Shown: positions 17,495 to 25,916, numbered from the stretch's first letter. The stretch: DNA of 64,000 nucleotides from Deltaproteobacteria bacterium (GCA_029553375.1 JAKPCH010000096.1:47382-111381), one strand, 5' to 3'. The notes: generated by a model not told the origin, from the sequence alone. Program-made: numbers and translations.

Positions 17495-17749
17495 ATGCCC
17501 ATTTACGAGTATCGGTGCAGGAAATGCGGTAAGGAGTTCGAGGTTTTTCAAAAGATCACGGAGCCGGCGGTCAGCGAGTGCGGTTTCTGTCGGGGCCCCG
17601 TGGACAAGCTGATGTCTCTGTCCTCGTTCCATCTCAAGGGGAGCGGCTGGTACGTGACGGACTACGGCGGAAAGAAGGCCCCTTACTCGGAGGGCAAAAA
17701 GGAAGAAGGAGGAGGCGCGAAGCAGGAGGGCGGAGCCTCAAAGGAATGA
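17495..17749 (+). CDS. FmdB-family zinc-ribbon protein
   Basis: MPIYEYRCRKCGKEFEVFQKI...CGFCRG: the typical FmdB N-terminal CxxC...CxxC ribbon, followed by a Gly/Lys/Glu-rich tail. Confidence 0.8.
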   Translation: MPIYEYRCRKCGKEFEVFQKITEPAVSECGFCRGPVDKLMSLSSFHLKGSGWYVTDYGGKKAPYSEGKKEEGGGAKQEGGASKE

Positions 17750-17763
17750 CGGGGCCATAGTGC

Positions 17764-18813
17764 CTACTTGTTCCTGCTGTTGGTCCCTTTGCGTCTCCTC
17801 AGGCGCTGGACGAGAAATTGCTCCACCTGTTCCTGCGGGAAGTCCTCGCTGAGGATTTCCCGCAGGTTTTCGAGGGGTATCTCCACCCTGGCGGCGCTGC
17901 GGTGACCGCCGGCGTTCCCGTACTTGCCGAAGGATCTCTTGGCGATGGATCCGCAATCGTGGCGGTAGCCGTCGCCCCTGAGGATGATCACCATCCTGTC
18001 TTTGATGATACCGGCGATAATCACGTAGTAGATGTTGACGACGCGCAGGTAGAAGTCCGCCACCTGAACGCATACGTCGGGGCTCTCGACCCGCCCGAGG
18101 AAGCTTATGATCCTCTCCCGGTAGCGGCGCCGGTGAAAATAGGCGTGTTCGAAATAGCGCAGGTAGCGTTCCGGGATCTGGTTGAGCTCGATGCGCCTGA
18201 TAAGGGGGCGGTTGGCCCGGGCGTAGCACAGGTAGTACGCCCCGATGTCCTCGAGGCTCGCGTCCCGCTCGAAATTGTTCGTGTCCGTCTTTATCCCGTA
18301 CAACAGGGCCGTGTAGAGGAGCCACGGTATGCGGACCTTCGCCGCCAGGAGGTACTCGACCATGATGGTGGAGAGGGCGCCGTAGTGCTGCCGGACGTCG
18401 CTCAACTCGGCGTGCCAGACCGTGGACACGGGGTGGTGGTCCAGGACGATCTGGGGCTGGGTCTCGCCCAGGGCGTTCCCGAAGAAGGTGGGCTGGGCGT
18501 CCACGATGGCGACGAGGCGGTAGTTCTGGATGTTGACCTTGTTCAGGAGTTGGATGTTGACCTTCATGGCCTTGATGAAATCGATGTTCTGCTGACGGAG
18601 GGTCGGTTCCGTGGCGGCGATGACGGTCTTTTCCAAACCCACGGTCTGGTTCAAGATCTCCTGGAGGGCCATGGCCGAGGCGACGGCGTCCGGGTCGGGG
18701 CTCCCGTACATGAGGACGGCCAGGGAGTCGTTCGGTCTGGCCATGGATTTCAACTTGAAGAGGTTGAAGAGGGTCTCTTCCTTGTGGGTAAGGAGGGATT
18801 CGATGCGCTTCAT
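17764..18813 (-). CDS. DHH/DHHA1-family phosphoesterase (NrnA-like)
   Basis: Start taken at MKRIESLL (ATG 18813); the longer track ORF to 18990 overlaps selD. Motifs: LMYGSPDPDAVASAMAL, VDAQP, VLDHHP, and a GGH motif (GNAGGHRSAA) in the C-terminal DHHA1-like part. ATGA overlap with the selD stop. Confidence 0.8.
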   Translation of the reverse strand: MKRIESLLTHKEETLFNLFKLKSMARPNDSLAVLMYGSPDPDAVASAMALQEILNQTVGLEKTVIAATEPTLRQQNIDFIKAMKVNIQLLNKVNIQNYRLVAIVDAQPTFFGNALGETQPQIVLDHHPVSTVWHAELSDVRQHYGALSTIMVEYLLAAKVRIPWLLYTALLYGIKTDTNNFERDASLEDIGAYYLCYARANRPLIRRIELNQIPERYLRYFEHAYFHRRRYRERIISFLGRVESPDVCVQVADFYLRVVNIYYVIIAGIIKDRMVIILRGDGYRHDCGSIAKRSFGKYGNAGGHRSAARVEIPLENLREILSEDFPQEQVEQFLVQRLRRRKGTNSRNK

Positions 18814-19859
18814 CCGATGACCACCTTTCCTTTGGCACCCCCCAGGACACGGCCCACCCGCGCGGCCGCGGCCAGGCCTAAGCGGTGCATCTCCCCGAGC
18901 ATCCCGTCCGCGTGCTCCTGTGACACGGAGATGAGGAGACCGCCGGAGGTTTGGGGATCGAAGAGGATATCGAGGACCGCCTCGGGACAATCGACTGAGA
19001 CGTCGACCCTGTCGATCCTAAACCGCTTGTTTCTGTAAAGACCGCCCGGGGCGAAACCCCCCTCCAGGAGATCGAGAACGCCGGCGAAAAGGGGCACGTC
19101 GCGGAAAGAGATGAAGATGCCCTCTTCCTCGCCCTCGATCATCTCGCAGGCATGGCCGATGAGGCCGAAGCCCGTGACGTCGGTGCAGGCGTGGACGCCC
19201 GGTGTCTTGACCATGATGTCGGCGGCCGCGCGGTTCAGTGAGGCCATGGAGGCGACGATCTCCGCCAGGATCAGCGGGGGGGCCTCGCCGGCCTTGGCGG
19301 CCGTGCTCACCACGCCCGTTCCGATGGGTTTCGTCAGGATCAGCACGTCCCCCGGCCGCGCACCCCTGTTCATGACGACCCGTTCGGGATGGACGACGCC
19401 GGTGACGGAGAGGCCGTATTTCGGTTCCTTGTCCTCGACGCTGTGTCCCCCCACCAACAGGACCTCGGCCTCCCTCATCTTGTCCAGGCCGCCCCGGAGG
19501 ATGTCGCGCAGGACGGCGGCCCCCAGGGTCTGGATGGGGAAACAGACGATGTTCATGGCCGTCAACGGCACTCCGCCCATGGCGTAGACGTCGCTGAGGG
19601 CGTTGGCCACGGCGATCCTGCCGAAATCGTAGGGGTCGTCGACGATGGGGGTAAAGAAATCCACTGTCTGGATGATCGCCAGATCTTCCCTGAGCTTGTA
19701 GACGCCCGCGTCCTCGCTGTGTTCCATTCCGACGATGAGATTGGGATGGACGGCGAAAGGCAGGTCCTTCAAGATCTCCCGCAGGTCCTCCGGACCTATC
19801 TTGCAGGCTCAACCGGCCCCGTGGACGAGTTCGGTGAGGCGGATCCCCTCTTCGGGCAT
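18810..19859 (-). CDS. selD: selenide, water dikinase SelD, selenocysteine-containing form (in-frame UGA at 19811..19809)
   Basis: The track ORF (18810..19772) lacks the N-terminus. Reading upstream in frame gives ATG(19859) MPEEGIRLTELVHGAG-TGA-ACKIGPEDLREILKDLPF..., which matches E. coli SelD [25 protein letters not shown] with UGA at the Cys17 position. An in-frame TAG at 19868..19866 makes ATG 19859 the first possible start. Confidence 0.9.
19770..19803 (-). promoter_or_regulatory. candidate bacterial SECIS hairpin downstream of the selD UGA
   Basis: Five nt after the UGA, the minus strand reads CAAGAU-AGGUCC-GGA-GGACCU-GCGGGAG-AUCUUG. The outer 6-bp stem is CAAGAU/AUCUUG, the inner 6-bp stem is AGGUCC/GGACCU, the apical loop is G-rich, and there is a 3'-side bulge. 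Confidence 0.55.
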
Positions 19860-19991
19860 TCCTCTCTATCCTCGCTTTGTTGGTGGACGGCAGGTTAAAC
19901 CAACGCCCGCGGCAAAGTCAAGGCCGTCGTCCTTGACAAGAGCCTCACCCGGCGTTAGCGTGGGGGCAGCGAAGGAGGAAAGTGGAAGCAA

Positions 19992-21386
19992 ATGATCCGT
20001 TATTACAGTACCAACCGGGACCTGAAAGACGTCGGGGGCCTGAAGCCCTTCACCGGTTTGGCGACCTTCCGCGAGGCCCTGCTCATGGGCCAGGCGCCCG
20101 ACGAGGGTCTCTTCATGCCCGACAGGATCCCGACCCTGGAAATGAAGGATATTCGCTCCCTCCGGTCCAGACCTTACGCCGAGGCGGCCCTGCTGGTGGG
20201 GAGGGCGTTCTTGGCTCAGGAACTCCCCGACGAGACCCTCCGCAGGGTCGTGGAGGACGCCTACGACTTTCCCGTCCCCCTGGAGAGGGTGAGGGACGAC
20301 TGGTACGTCATGCGTCTGGATCAGGGGCCCACGGCGTCTTTCAAGGATTTCGCGGCACGGATGATGGCCCGCCTGATGAGCGTTTTCCTGAAACCCGGCG
20401 AGAGGCTCCACGTCCTGGTCGCCACGAGCGGCGACACGGGGAGCGCCGTGGGCGAGGCCTATCGGGCCGTCCCCGGCATCGACGTGACCATCCTGTATCC
20501 CCGGGACGAGGTGAGCGAACGTCAAAAGAGACAGCTGGACGCCATCGGGTTGAACGTCAGGTCCATTTCCGTCGTCGGCAAGTTCGACGACTGCCAGAAC
20601 CTGGTGAAGGCCGCCTTCGCCGACCCGTCCCTGGGGGGGCTCAACCTGACCTCGGCCAATTCCATCAATTTCGGGCGGATCCTGCCGCAGATCGTCTATT
20701 ACGTCTATGCCTACGCCCAACTGGCGCGGGAGGGGGAGGAGATATGCTTCTCCGTGCCGTCGGGGAACTTCGGCGACGCCCTCGGCTGCGAGTACGCCCG
20801 GAGGATGGGGTTGCCGGTGAGGAGGCTCGTCATGCCGACCAACGAGAACGACGAGTTCCCCCGTTACCTCGAGACGGGGATCTACGAAAAGATCTCCCCC
20901 TCGCGCCCCTGCCTCTCCAACGCCATGAACGTGGGACACCCCAGCAACCTGGCGAGGTTTTTCGATCTCTACGGGGGGACGGTGGACCGCAACGGGGTGG
21001 TTCACCGCTATCCCGACCGGGAGGAGATGAAGAGGCGCATCTTCTCCGTGAGCGTCTCCGACGAGGAGACGAAAGAGACCATCGTCCGGGTGTACAGGGA
21101 TCACGGCACCCTCCTCGAACCCCACGGCGCCGTGGGCTGGCGGGGTCTGGAGATCTTCCGGGAGCGGACGGGGGACGAGTCCCTGTCCGTCTGTCTGGAG
21201 ACGGCCCATCCTGCAAAATTCCCCAATGAAATCAAGGAGTTATTGGGATTCGACCCCGATCTGCCCCCCAGCATGGCGGACATAGACACGCGGGAGGGGA
21301 GCTGTATCGAGTTGCCGGCCGATTACGAAGCCTTCAGGGCCTTCCTCCTCGCTAACCCCCGTGTCGCCAGTCCCCCGAGGGGATGA
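19992..21386 (+). CDS. thrC: threonine synthase
   Basis: 464 aa. N-terminus MIRYYSTNRD...EALLMGQAPDEGLFMP and PLP-Lys motif GPTASFKDFAARMM. The 3' end overlaps the convergent GGCT gene by 35 nt. Confidence 0.9.
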   Translation: MIRYYSTNRDLKDVGGLKPFTGLATFREALLMGQAPDEGLFMPDRIPTLEMKDIRSLRSRPYAEAALLVGRAFLAQELPDETLRRVVEDAYDFPVPLERVRDDWYVMRLDQGPTASFKDFAARMMARLMSVFLKPGERLHVLVATSGDTGSAVGEAYRAVPGIDVTILYPRDEVSERQKRQLDAIGLNVRSISVVGKFDDCQNLVKAAFADPSLGGLNLTSANSINFGRILPQIVYYVYAYAQLAREGEEICFSVPSGNFGDALGCEYARRMGLPVRRLVMPTNENDEFPRYLETGIYEKISPSRPCLSNAMNVGHPSNLARFFDLYGGTVDRNGVVHRYPDREEMKRRIFSVSVSDEETKETIVRVYRDHGTLLEPHGAVGWRGLEIFRERTGDESLSVCLETAHPAKFPNEIKELLGFDPDLPPSMADIDTREGSCIELPADYEAFRAFLLANPRVASPPRG

Positions 21387-22239
21387 TCTTCAGGGGGGCC
21401 GTGTAACCCCGGTAGAGGTAGGTCCAGGCCGTGACCGTCCGGTGGTCTTCCGTCGCCACTTTTATGACGGCGCGCCGGAAGGCCGAGCGCTCGGGTTGAA
21501 GGGGGAGATACCCCTCCTCCGGGTCGAGGTCCGCGAAGGCCCGGCCGGGATCGATCAGGGTGTACAGTTCGCCGTGGACCCATTGCATCCCGCCCTCCAC
21601 GATGACCAGGCAGGGGTAGCCGCGGCCGCTGTCGTAGAGGATGCCCTGGGTTTTGGCCTTGCCCCTGCCGAAGCCGTTGGTCCAGTTTCGCAGCAGGCCG
21701 TGTCGGGGTTCCCCCTCCATGAGGGTGCCGTAGACGAAGAGCTGGTCGATGGTCCAGGGGGGTGTACCTCCCGCCGCGACGGCGTGGTGCATCCGCCTGT
21801 CGAGGCCGTGGCGGCGGAGTCCCTCCTCGATGAGATCCATGTCGTCCCTAAGGGCGGTCCCGTCGGGGACATCCCTCAGTTCGCCCCGCCACCGGTACGT
21901 CCGGGCCCGGTGAAAACGGCCGTCGGGGCTGAGAACGGTCACCTCCTCGTCTCGGCGCCGCCCGGGGACGCCCTGCCGCTGGTCGAGGACGGCCCATCCC
22001 CCCTCCCTCACACGGTAAACAACCCCCGGTAACGCCTGGCCCAGGCAGAAGTCGATGTCGAAGACGCCCCCGCCCCCGGCCGTCCCGTAGGTCAGCCATC
22101 GCAGGCGCCGGTCGGCCAGGTAGGCGTTCATCGCCTTCCCCGCCAGGGGGTAGGCCAGGCCCTTTCGTTCGCACCATCCCGCCAGGTCGTTCTCGTTCAG
22201 GTCCCGCCCGTAGGCAAAATATAATCCCGTTTTCGGCAT
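21352..22239 (-). CDS. protein with two gamma-glutamylcyclotransferase (GGCT/AIG2-like) domains
   Basis: Start at ATG 22239 (GGGAAGG RBS). Domain 1 begins LYFAYGRDLNENDL; domain 2 begins LFVYGTLMEGEPRHGLL...GELYTL. Confidence 0.7.
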   Translation of the reverse strand: MPKTGLYFAYGRDLNENDLAGWCERKGLAYPLAGKAMNAYLADRRLRWLTYGTAGGGGVFDIDFCLGQALPGVVYRVREGGWAVLDQRQGVPGRRRDEEVTVLSPDGRFHRARTYRWRGELRDVPDGTALRDDMDLIEEGLRRHGLDRRMHHAVAAGGTPPWTIDQLFVYGTLMEGEPRHGLLRNWTNGFGRGKAKTQGILYDSGRGYPCLVIVEGGMQWVHGELYTLIDPGRAFADLDPEEGYLPLQPERSAFRRAVIKVATEDHRTVTAWTYLYRGYTAPLKIIPSGDWRHGG

Positions 22240-22259
22240 GATTTTGACCTTCCCTTCTC

Positions 22260-23897
22260 TTATTGGGTCATGACGAATCGTTGCTCCTCCCTCGGCACGT
22301 ACCACTTGATAAAATTATGGCTGATACCCTGCGGGGCCGGCTCCACGCCCCGGAAACGGGCGTGGATGATGGGAAGGGCGTCAGGGACGTAGAGGAAGAG
22401 ATAGGGCTGCTCCTCGGCGAGGATCTCCTGCACGCGATGGTAACAGCGCCGGCGCTCGTTTTGGTCGAAGGTGGCCCTGGCCCTCTCCAGGAGGGCGTCC
22501 ACCTCGGCGTTGCGAAAAGAGATGAAATTCAGTTCCTCGGGTCCCGTCTTGCTCGAATGCCACACATCGAAAATATCCGGATCCTGGGGTATGGACCACC
22601 CGAGGATCGTGGCGTCGAACCTCCGCTTGTTTATGAAGTCGTTGACGAAGGCCGCCCACTCGACGATGCGGATCTTGACCTTGATGCCCACCTCCGCCAG
22701 GCGTCTTTGAATGATCTCGGCGCACCTGGCCCTAACCTCGTTGCCCTGGTTGGTGATGATCTCGAAGGCGAAGGGTTGTCCGTCCTTGTCGAGGATGCCG
22801 TCCCCGTTCGTGTCCCGCCACCCGGCCTCCGCCAGGAGCCGCCTGGCTTGGGCGGGGTCGTAGGGGTACCTGCGGACGTCGGGATTGTAGGCCCACGTCC
22901 CCGGTTTATAGGGACCGGTGGCCTCTTTCCCGAGGCCCATCAAGACGCCCTCGAGGATCTCGTTCTTGTCGACGGCGTAGGCGATGGCCTGGCGGACCCG
23001 CCGGTCCGCGAAGAGGGGTTTCGTGAGGTTGTAGCCGAGATAGACGTAAGAGAAGGATAGATAACGGTATTTTCTGAAATTCTTCCGGAAGAGGTTGTTT
23101 TCCGTCTGACGACGGTACTGGAGGGGGGTCAGGCCCATCTGGTCTATCCCCCCCGCCCGGAGTTCGAGAAACATGGTGGCCGCATCGGGTATGATCCTCA
23201 TTACGTAACCGCTGATGTAGGGGGGACCCTCGAAATAGTCGGGATTGGCCGCAAGGACGATCTTCTGGCCCGTAACCCACTCCCGGAAACGATAGGGGCC
23301 CGTGCCGACGGGATGACGGGCGAGGGGCGAGGTGGTGATGTCCCTGCCCTCCAGGAGGTGACGGGGCAGGATGGCGCTGGTCCAGCTGGAGAGGGCGGGG
23401 GCGAAGGGGGCCCCGTAGGTCACGCGGAAGGTATGGTCGTCCACTACCTCCGCCTTCTTGATCTTGAGAAAATCCCCGGAATAGGGGGTGGGTGTCTTGG
23501 GGTCGACGGTGACCCGGTAGGTGTACAGGCAGTCATGGGCCGAAAAGGGCCGGCCGTCGTGCCAGCGGACATTCTTTCTCAGGTGGAAGGTGATCGTGAG
23601 GCCGTCTTTGGATATGTTCCATTTCTCCGCCAGGTCACCCACCAGCTGGAGATTCTTGTCGTATTTAACGAGGCCGTTGTACACGAGAGAGGCGATGAGG
23701 TGAGAGGTGCTGTCGGAGGCGAGGAGGGGGATGAGGTTGCTGGCGTCGCCGATGGAGCCCTCGACGATGATGTCCCCGTAGGCCGGGACGTCCGCCGAGG
23801 AAGGTCTCCCTTCCTTCTCGACGGTTCGGGAGCAGGAGAGCGCCCCCAGGGCCCATAGGGAGACCAGGAACAAACAAAGAATCCTCATCCCTTTCAT
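22260..23897 (-). CDS. ABC transporter substrate-binding protein, family 5 (peptide/nickel/glutathione type)
   Basis: Signal/lipoprotein-like N-terminus (MKGMRILCLFLVSLWALGALSC). Family-5 SBP pattern (LVKYDKNLQLVGDLAEKWNISKDGLTITFHLRKNVRWHDG). No cognate permease or ATPase genes are adjacent. Confidence 0.85.
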   Translation of the reverse strand: MKGMRILCLFLVSLWALGALSCSRTVEKEGRPSSADVPAYGDIIVEGSIGDASNLIPLLASDSTSHLIASLVYNGLVKYDKNLQLVGDLAEKWNISKDGLTITFHLRKNVRWHDGRPFSAHDCLYTYRVTVDPKTPTPYSGDFLKIKKAEVVDDHTFRVTYGAPFAPALSSWTSAILPRHLLEGRDITTSPLARHPVGTGPYRFREWVTGQKIVLAANPDYFEGPPYISGYVMRIIPDAATMFLELRAGGIDQMGLTPLQYRRQTENNLFRKNFRKYRYLSFSYVYLGYNLTKPLFADRRVRQAIAYAVDKNEILEGVLMGLGKEATGPYKPGTWAYNPDVRRYPYDPAQARRLLAEAGWRDTNGDGILDKDGQPFAFEIITNQGNEVRARCAEIIQRRLAEVGIKVKIRIVEWAAFVNDFINKRRFDATILGWSIPQDPDIFDVWHSSKTGPEELNFISFRNAEVDALLERARATFDQNERRRCYHRVQEILAEEQPYLFLYVPDALPIIHARFRGVEPAPQGISHNFIKWYVPREEQRFVMTQ

Positions 23898-24090
23898 CGG
23901 TTTGTCCGCGCCGCCTGCGTGTGCCATAACCCGTATCCGCCGCGGAATTCATCAGGAATCGGACCCGAAGTCAAGGTCATTTTGGGACGGGAAAGCAAGA
24001 GGCAAAACCCCCGCCCGCCGTCGCCGGGCCCGGGGGCAATGCGAACGGCCGACGAAACGACGAACCGTCGCGGGGGCACTGAAGTTTCTG

Positions 24091-24119
24091 TTGACAAAAG
24101 GGCGGAATCGTTCTATGAA
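24091..24119 (+). promoter_or_regulatory. candidate sigma70 promoter of the cimA leader (TTGACA-N17-TATGAA)
   Basis: TTGACA at 24091..24096 and TATGAA at 24114..24119. The predicted TSS lies just before the leader-peptide RBS GAGGAG (24125..24130). Confidence 0.55.
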
Positions 24120-24138
24120 CCCACGAGGAGAAAAGCTC

Positions 24139-24198
24139 ATGACCCGAAACACCGGCATCATTATCGGGAGGGGGATAATTATCAGGCCCGTCACATAG
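24139..24198 (+). CDS. isoleucine-rich leader peptide (MTRNTGIIIGRGIIIRPVT)
   Basis: 19 codons after a GAGGAG RBS. Six are Ile, in two runs of three (ATC ATT ATC ... ATA ATT ATC), including AT-rich codons in a GC-rich genome. The stop TAG sits in the loop of hairpin 1:2. Confidence 0.6.
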   Translation: MTRNTGIIIGRGIIIRPVT

Positions 24199-24242
24199 GG
24201 GCCTGGGGTGGGGAAATATCGTTTTTGCAAGTAAAACCGGAT

Positions 24243-24277
24243 CCGCTGTCAGGCCTTCCTGGCAGCGGATTTTTTTT
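24243..24277 (+). terminator. intrinsic terminator (attenuator) immediately upstream of cimA
   Basis: CCGCTGTCAGG (24243..24253), loop CCTT, CCTGGCAGCGG (24258..24268): an 11-bp stem with one G-U pair. It is followed by A and T8 (24270..24277). The cimA RBS GGAGGA follows at 24278..24283. Confidence 0.75.
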
Positions 24278-24287
24278 GGAGGATGAG

Positions 24288-25874
24288 ATGAGCCGTGAGA
24301 TCCTGATCTACGACACGACCCTCAGGGACGGCGCCCAGGGGGAACTGATCAATTTCACCGCCGAGGACAAGATAAGGATCGCCCGCCGTCTGGACGAGAT
24401 GGGGTTCCACTACATAGAGGGGGGCTGGCCCGGCTCGAACCCCAAGGACGTCAGATTCTTCGAAATGGCCAGAAAGATCGATTTCAAGAGGGCGAAGCTG
24501 GCGGCCTTCGGGAGCACCCGCCGGGCCGACGAGACGGTGGAGGGGAGTCATAACATCAAGGCCCTCCTCGATGCCGAAACGCCCGTGGTGACCGTCTTCG
24601 GTAAGACCTGGGATCTCCACGTGACGGAGATCCTCCAGGTATCCCTCGAGGAAAACCTGGCCATGGTAGGGGAAACCGTGTCCTACCTCAAAAGCAAGGG
24701 CAGGGAGGTGATCTACGACGCCGAGCACTTCTTCGACGGCTACAAGGCCGATCCCTCCTACGCCGGGAAAACGCTCCGGGAGGCCCTGGCGGCGGGGGCG
24801 GACATGATCGTCCTGTGCGACACGAACGGCGGGACCCTGCCCCACGAGGTCCAGGGTATCGTCGCGGAGGTGAAGAGGTTCATCCCCGCGGAGAAATTGG
24901 GCATTCACGCCCATAACGACGGGGGCCTGGGGGTCGCCAACACCCTTTGCGCCGTCATGGAAGGCGTGCGCATGGTCCAGGGGACGGTCAACGGTTACGG
25001 TGAGCGCTGCGGGAATGCCGACCTCGTTCCCGTCATCGCCAACCTCCAGCTGAAGATGGGGATCAATTGTCTTTCCCCCGAGGCCCTGACCCATCTCACC
25101 AATCTCTCCAATTACGTCGCTGACGTGGCCAATATGCCCCCCATCAATTCCCGGCCCTTCGTGGGGAGGAGCGCCTTCACCCACAAGGGGGGGGTGCACG
25201 TCAGCGCCGTGTTGAAAAACTCCCGGGCCTACGAGCACATAGACCCGAACCTGGTGGGGAACAAGCAGCGGGTGGTCGTTTCGGACCTGGCCGGCAAGAG
25301 CAATATCGAGTACAAGGCCCAGGAATTGGGTATCCCCCTGGGCGACGACAATGGGATCAGCCGCCGGATCGTCTCGGAGATCAAGAGGATGGAGGACGAG
25401 GGATATACCTTCGACGCCGCCGAGGGTTCCCTGGAGCTGTTGATCCGCAAGGGGGCCGGTGTCTTCAGGGACCCCTTCGTTCTGGAATGCTTCCAGGTCA
25501 TCTCCTCCAAGACGGCCCATCACCCCTCCCAGGCCCAGGCCATTATCAAGGTCTCCGTGGCGGGGGAGGAGGAGGTCACGGCGGCGGAGGGCAACGGCCC
25601 CATCAACGCCCTCGACAACGCCCTCAGGAAGGCCTTGCTGAAATTCTATCCGAAGATCAAGGAGATGCACCTGACGGACTTCAAGGTAAGAATCGTGGAG
25701 GGGAGCGAGGGGACGGCGGCTAAGGTCCAGGTGGCCATAGAATCCCGGGACGGTGATTGCTCGTGGAACACCATCGGCGTCTCGGAAAACGTCATCGAGG
25801 CCAGCTGGCTGGCCCTGGTGGACAGCATCAATTACAAGCTGGACAAAGACCAGCGGACGGCGGAACAAGGTTGA
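24288..25874 (+). CDS. cimA: (R)-citramalate synthase (IPMS/homocitrate synthase family, CimA type)
   Basis: Start at MSREILIYDTTLRDGAQGE (ATG 24288); the track ORF from 23919 reads through the leader and terminator. 528 aa. HYIEGGWPGSNPKD, YDAEHFFDGYKADPSYA, HAHNDGGLGVANT, and a C-terminal LeuA-dimer-like regulatory domain (AAEGNGPINALDNALRKAL). From memory it closely resembles the Geobacter-type CimA. Confidence 0.85.
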   Translation: MSREILIYDTTLRDGAQGELINFTAEDKIRIARRLDEMGFHYIEGGWPGSNPKDVRFFEMARKIDFKRAKLAAFGSTRRADETVEGSHNIKALLDAETPVVTVFGKTWDLHVTEILQVSLEENLAMVGETVSYLKSKGREVIYDAEHFFDGYKADPSYAGKTLREALAAGADMIVLCDTNGGTLPHEVQGIVAEVKRFIPAEKLGIHAHNDGGLGVANTLCAVMEGVRMVQGTVNGYGERCGNADLVPVIANLQLKMGINCLSPEALTHLTNLSNYVADVANMPPINSRPFVGRSAFTHKGGVHVSAVLKNSRAYEHIDPNLVGNKQRVVVSDLAGKSNIEYKAQELGIPLGDDNGISRRIVSEIKRMEDEGYTFDAAEGSLELLIRKGAGVFRDPFVLECFQVISSKTAHHPSQAQAIIKVSVAGEEEVTAAEGNGPINALDNALRKALLKFYPKIKEMHLTDFKVRIVEGSEGTAAKVQVAIESRDGDCSWNTIGVSENVIEASWLALVDSINYKLDKDQRTAEQG

Positions 25875-25916
25875 CGCCTGTTGCCAAAGGGGGCGTTTTC
25901 TGATACTGAGCCGGAG

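Noticed and set aside
18814-18990. Longer start for the DHH gene (408-aa track ORF).
   Set aside because: The extra 59 codons overlap the selD coding region and translate to R/G/P-rich sequence. MKRIESLL at 18813 gives an ATGA-coupled start and a normal DHH N-terminus.
23919-24287. N-terminal extension of the cimA ORF (the track start at 23919 gives 651 aa).
   Set aside because: The extension reads through the promoter, leader peptide and terminator and has no CimA/LeuA homology. The conserved N-terminus (LIYDTTLRDGAQ) starts right after ATG 24288, which has a GGAGGA RBS.
23928-24287. Possible T-box riboswitch upstream of cimA.
   Set aside because: I looked for the T-box consensus (AGGGUGGNACCGCG) and a specifier-loop architecture and found only a weak GGGGTGGGG. 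The Ile-run mini-ORF with competing CAGGCC segments explains the terminator better.
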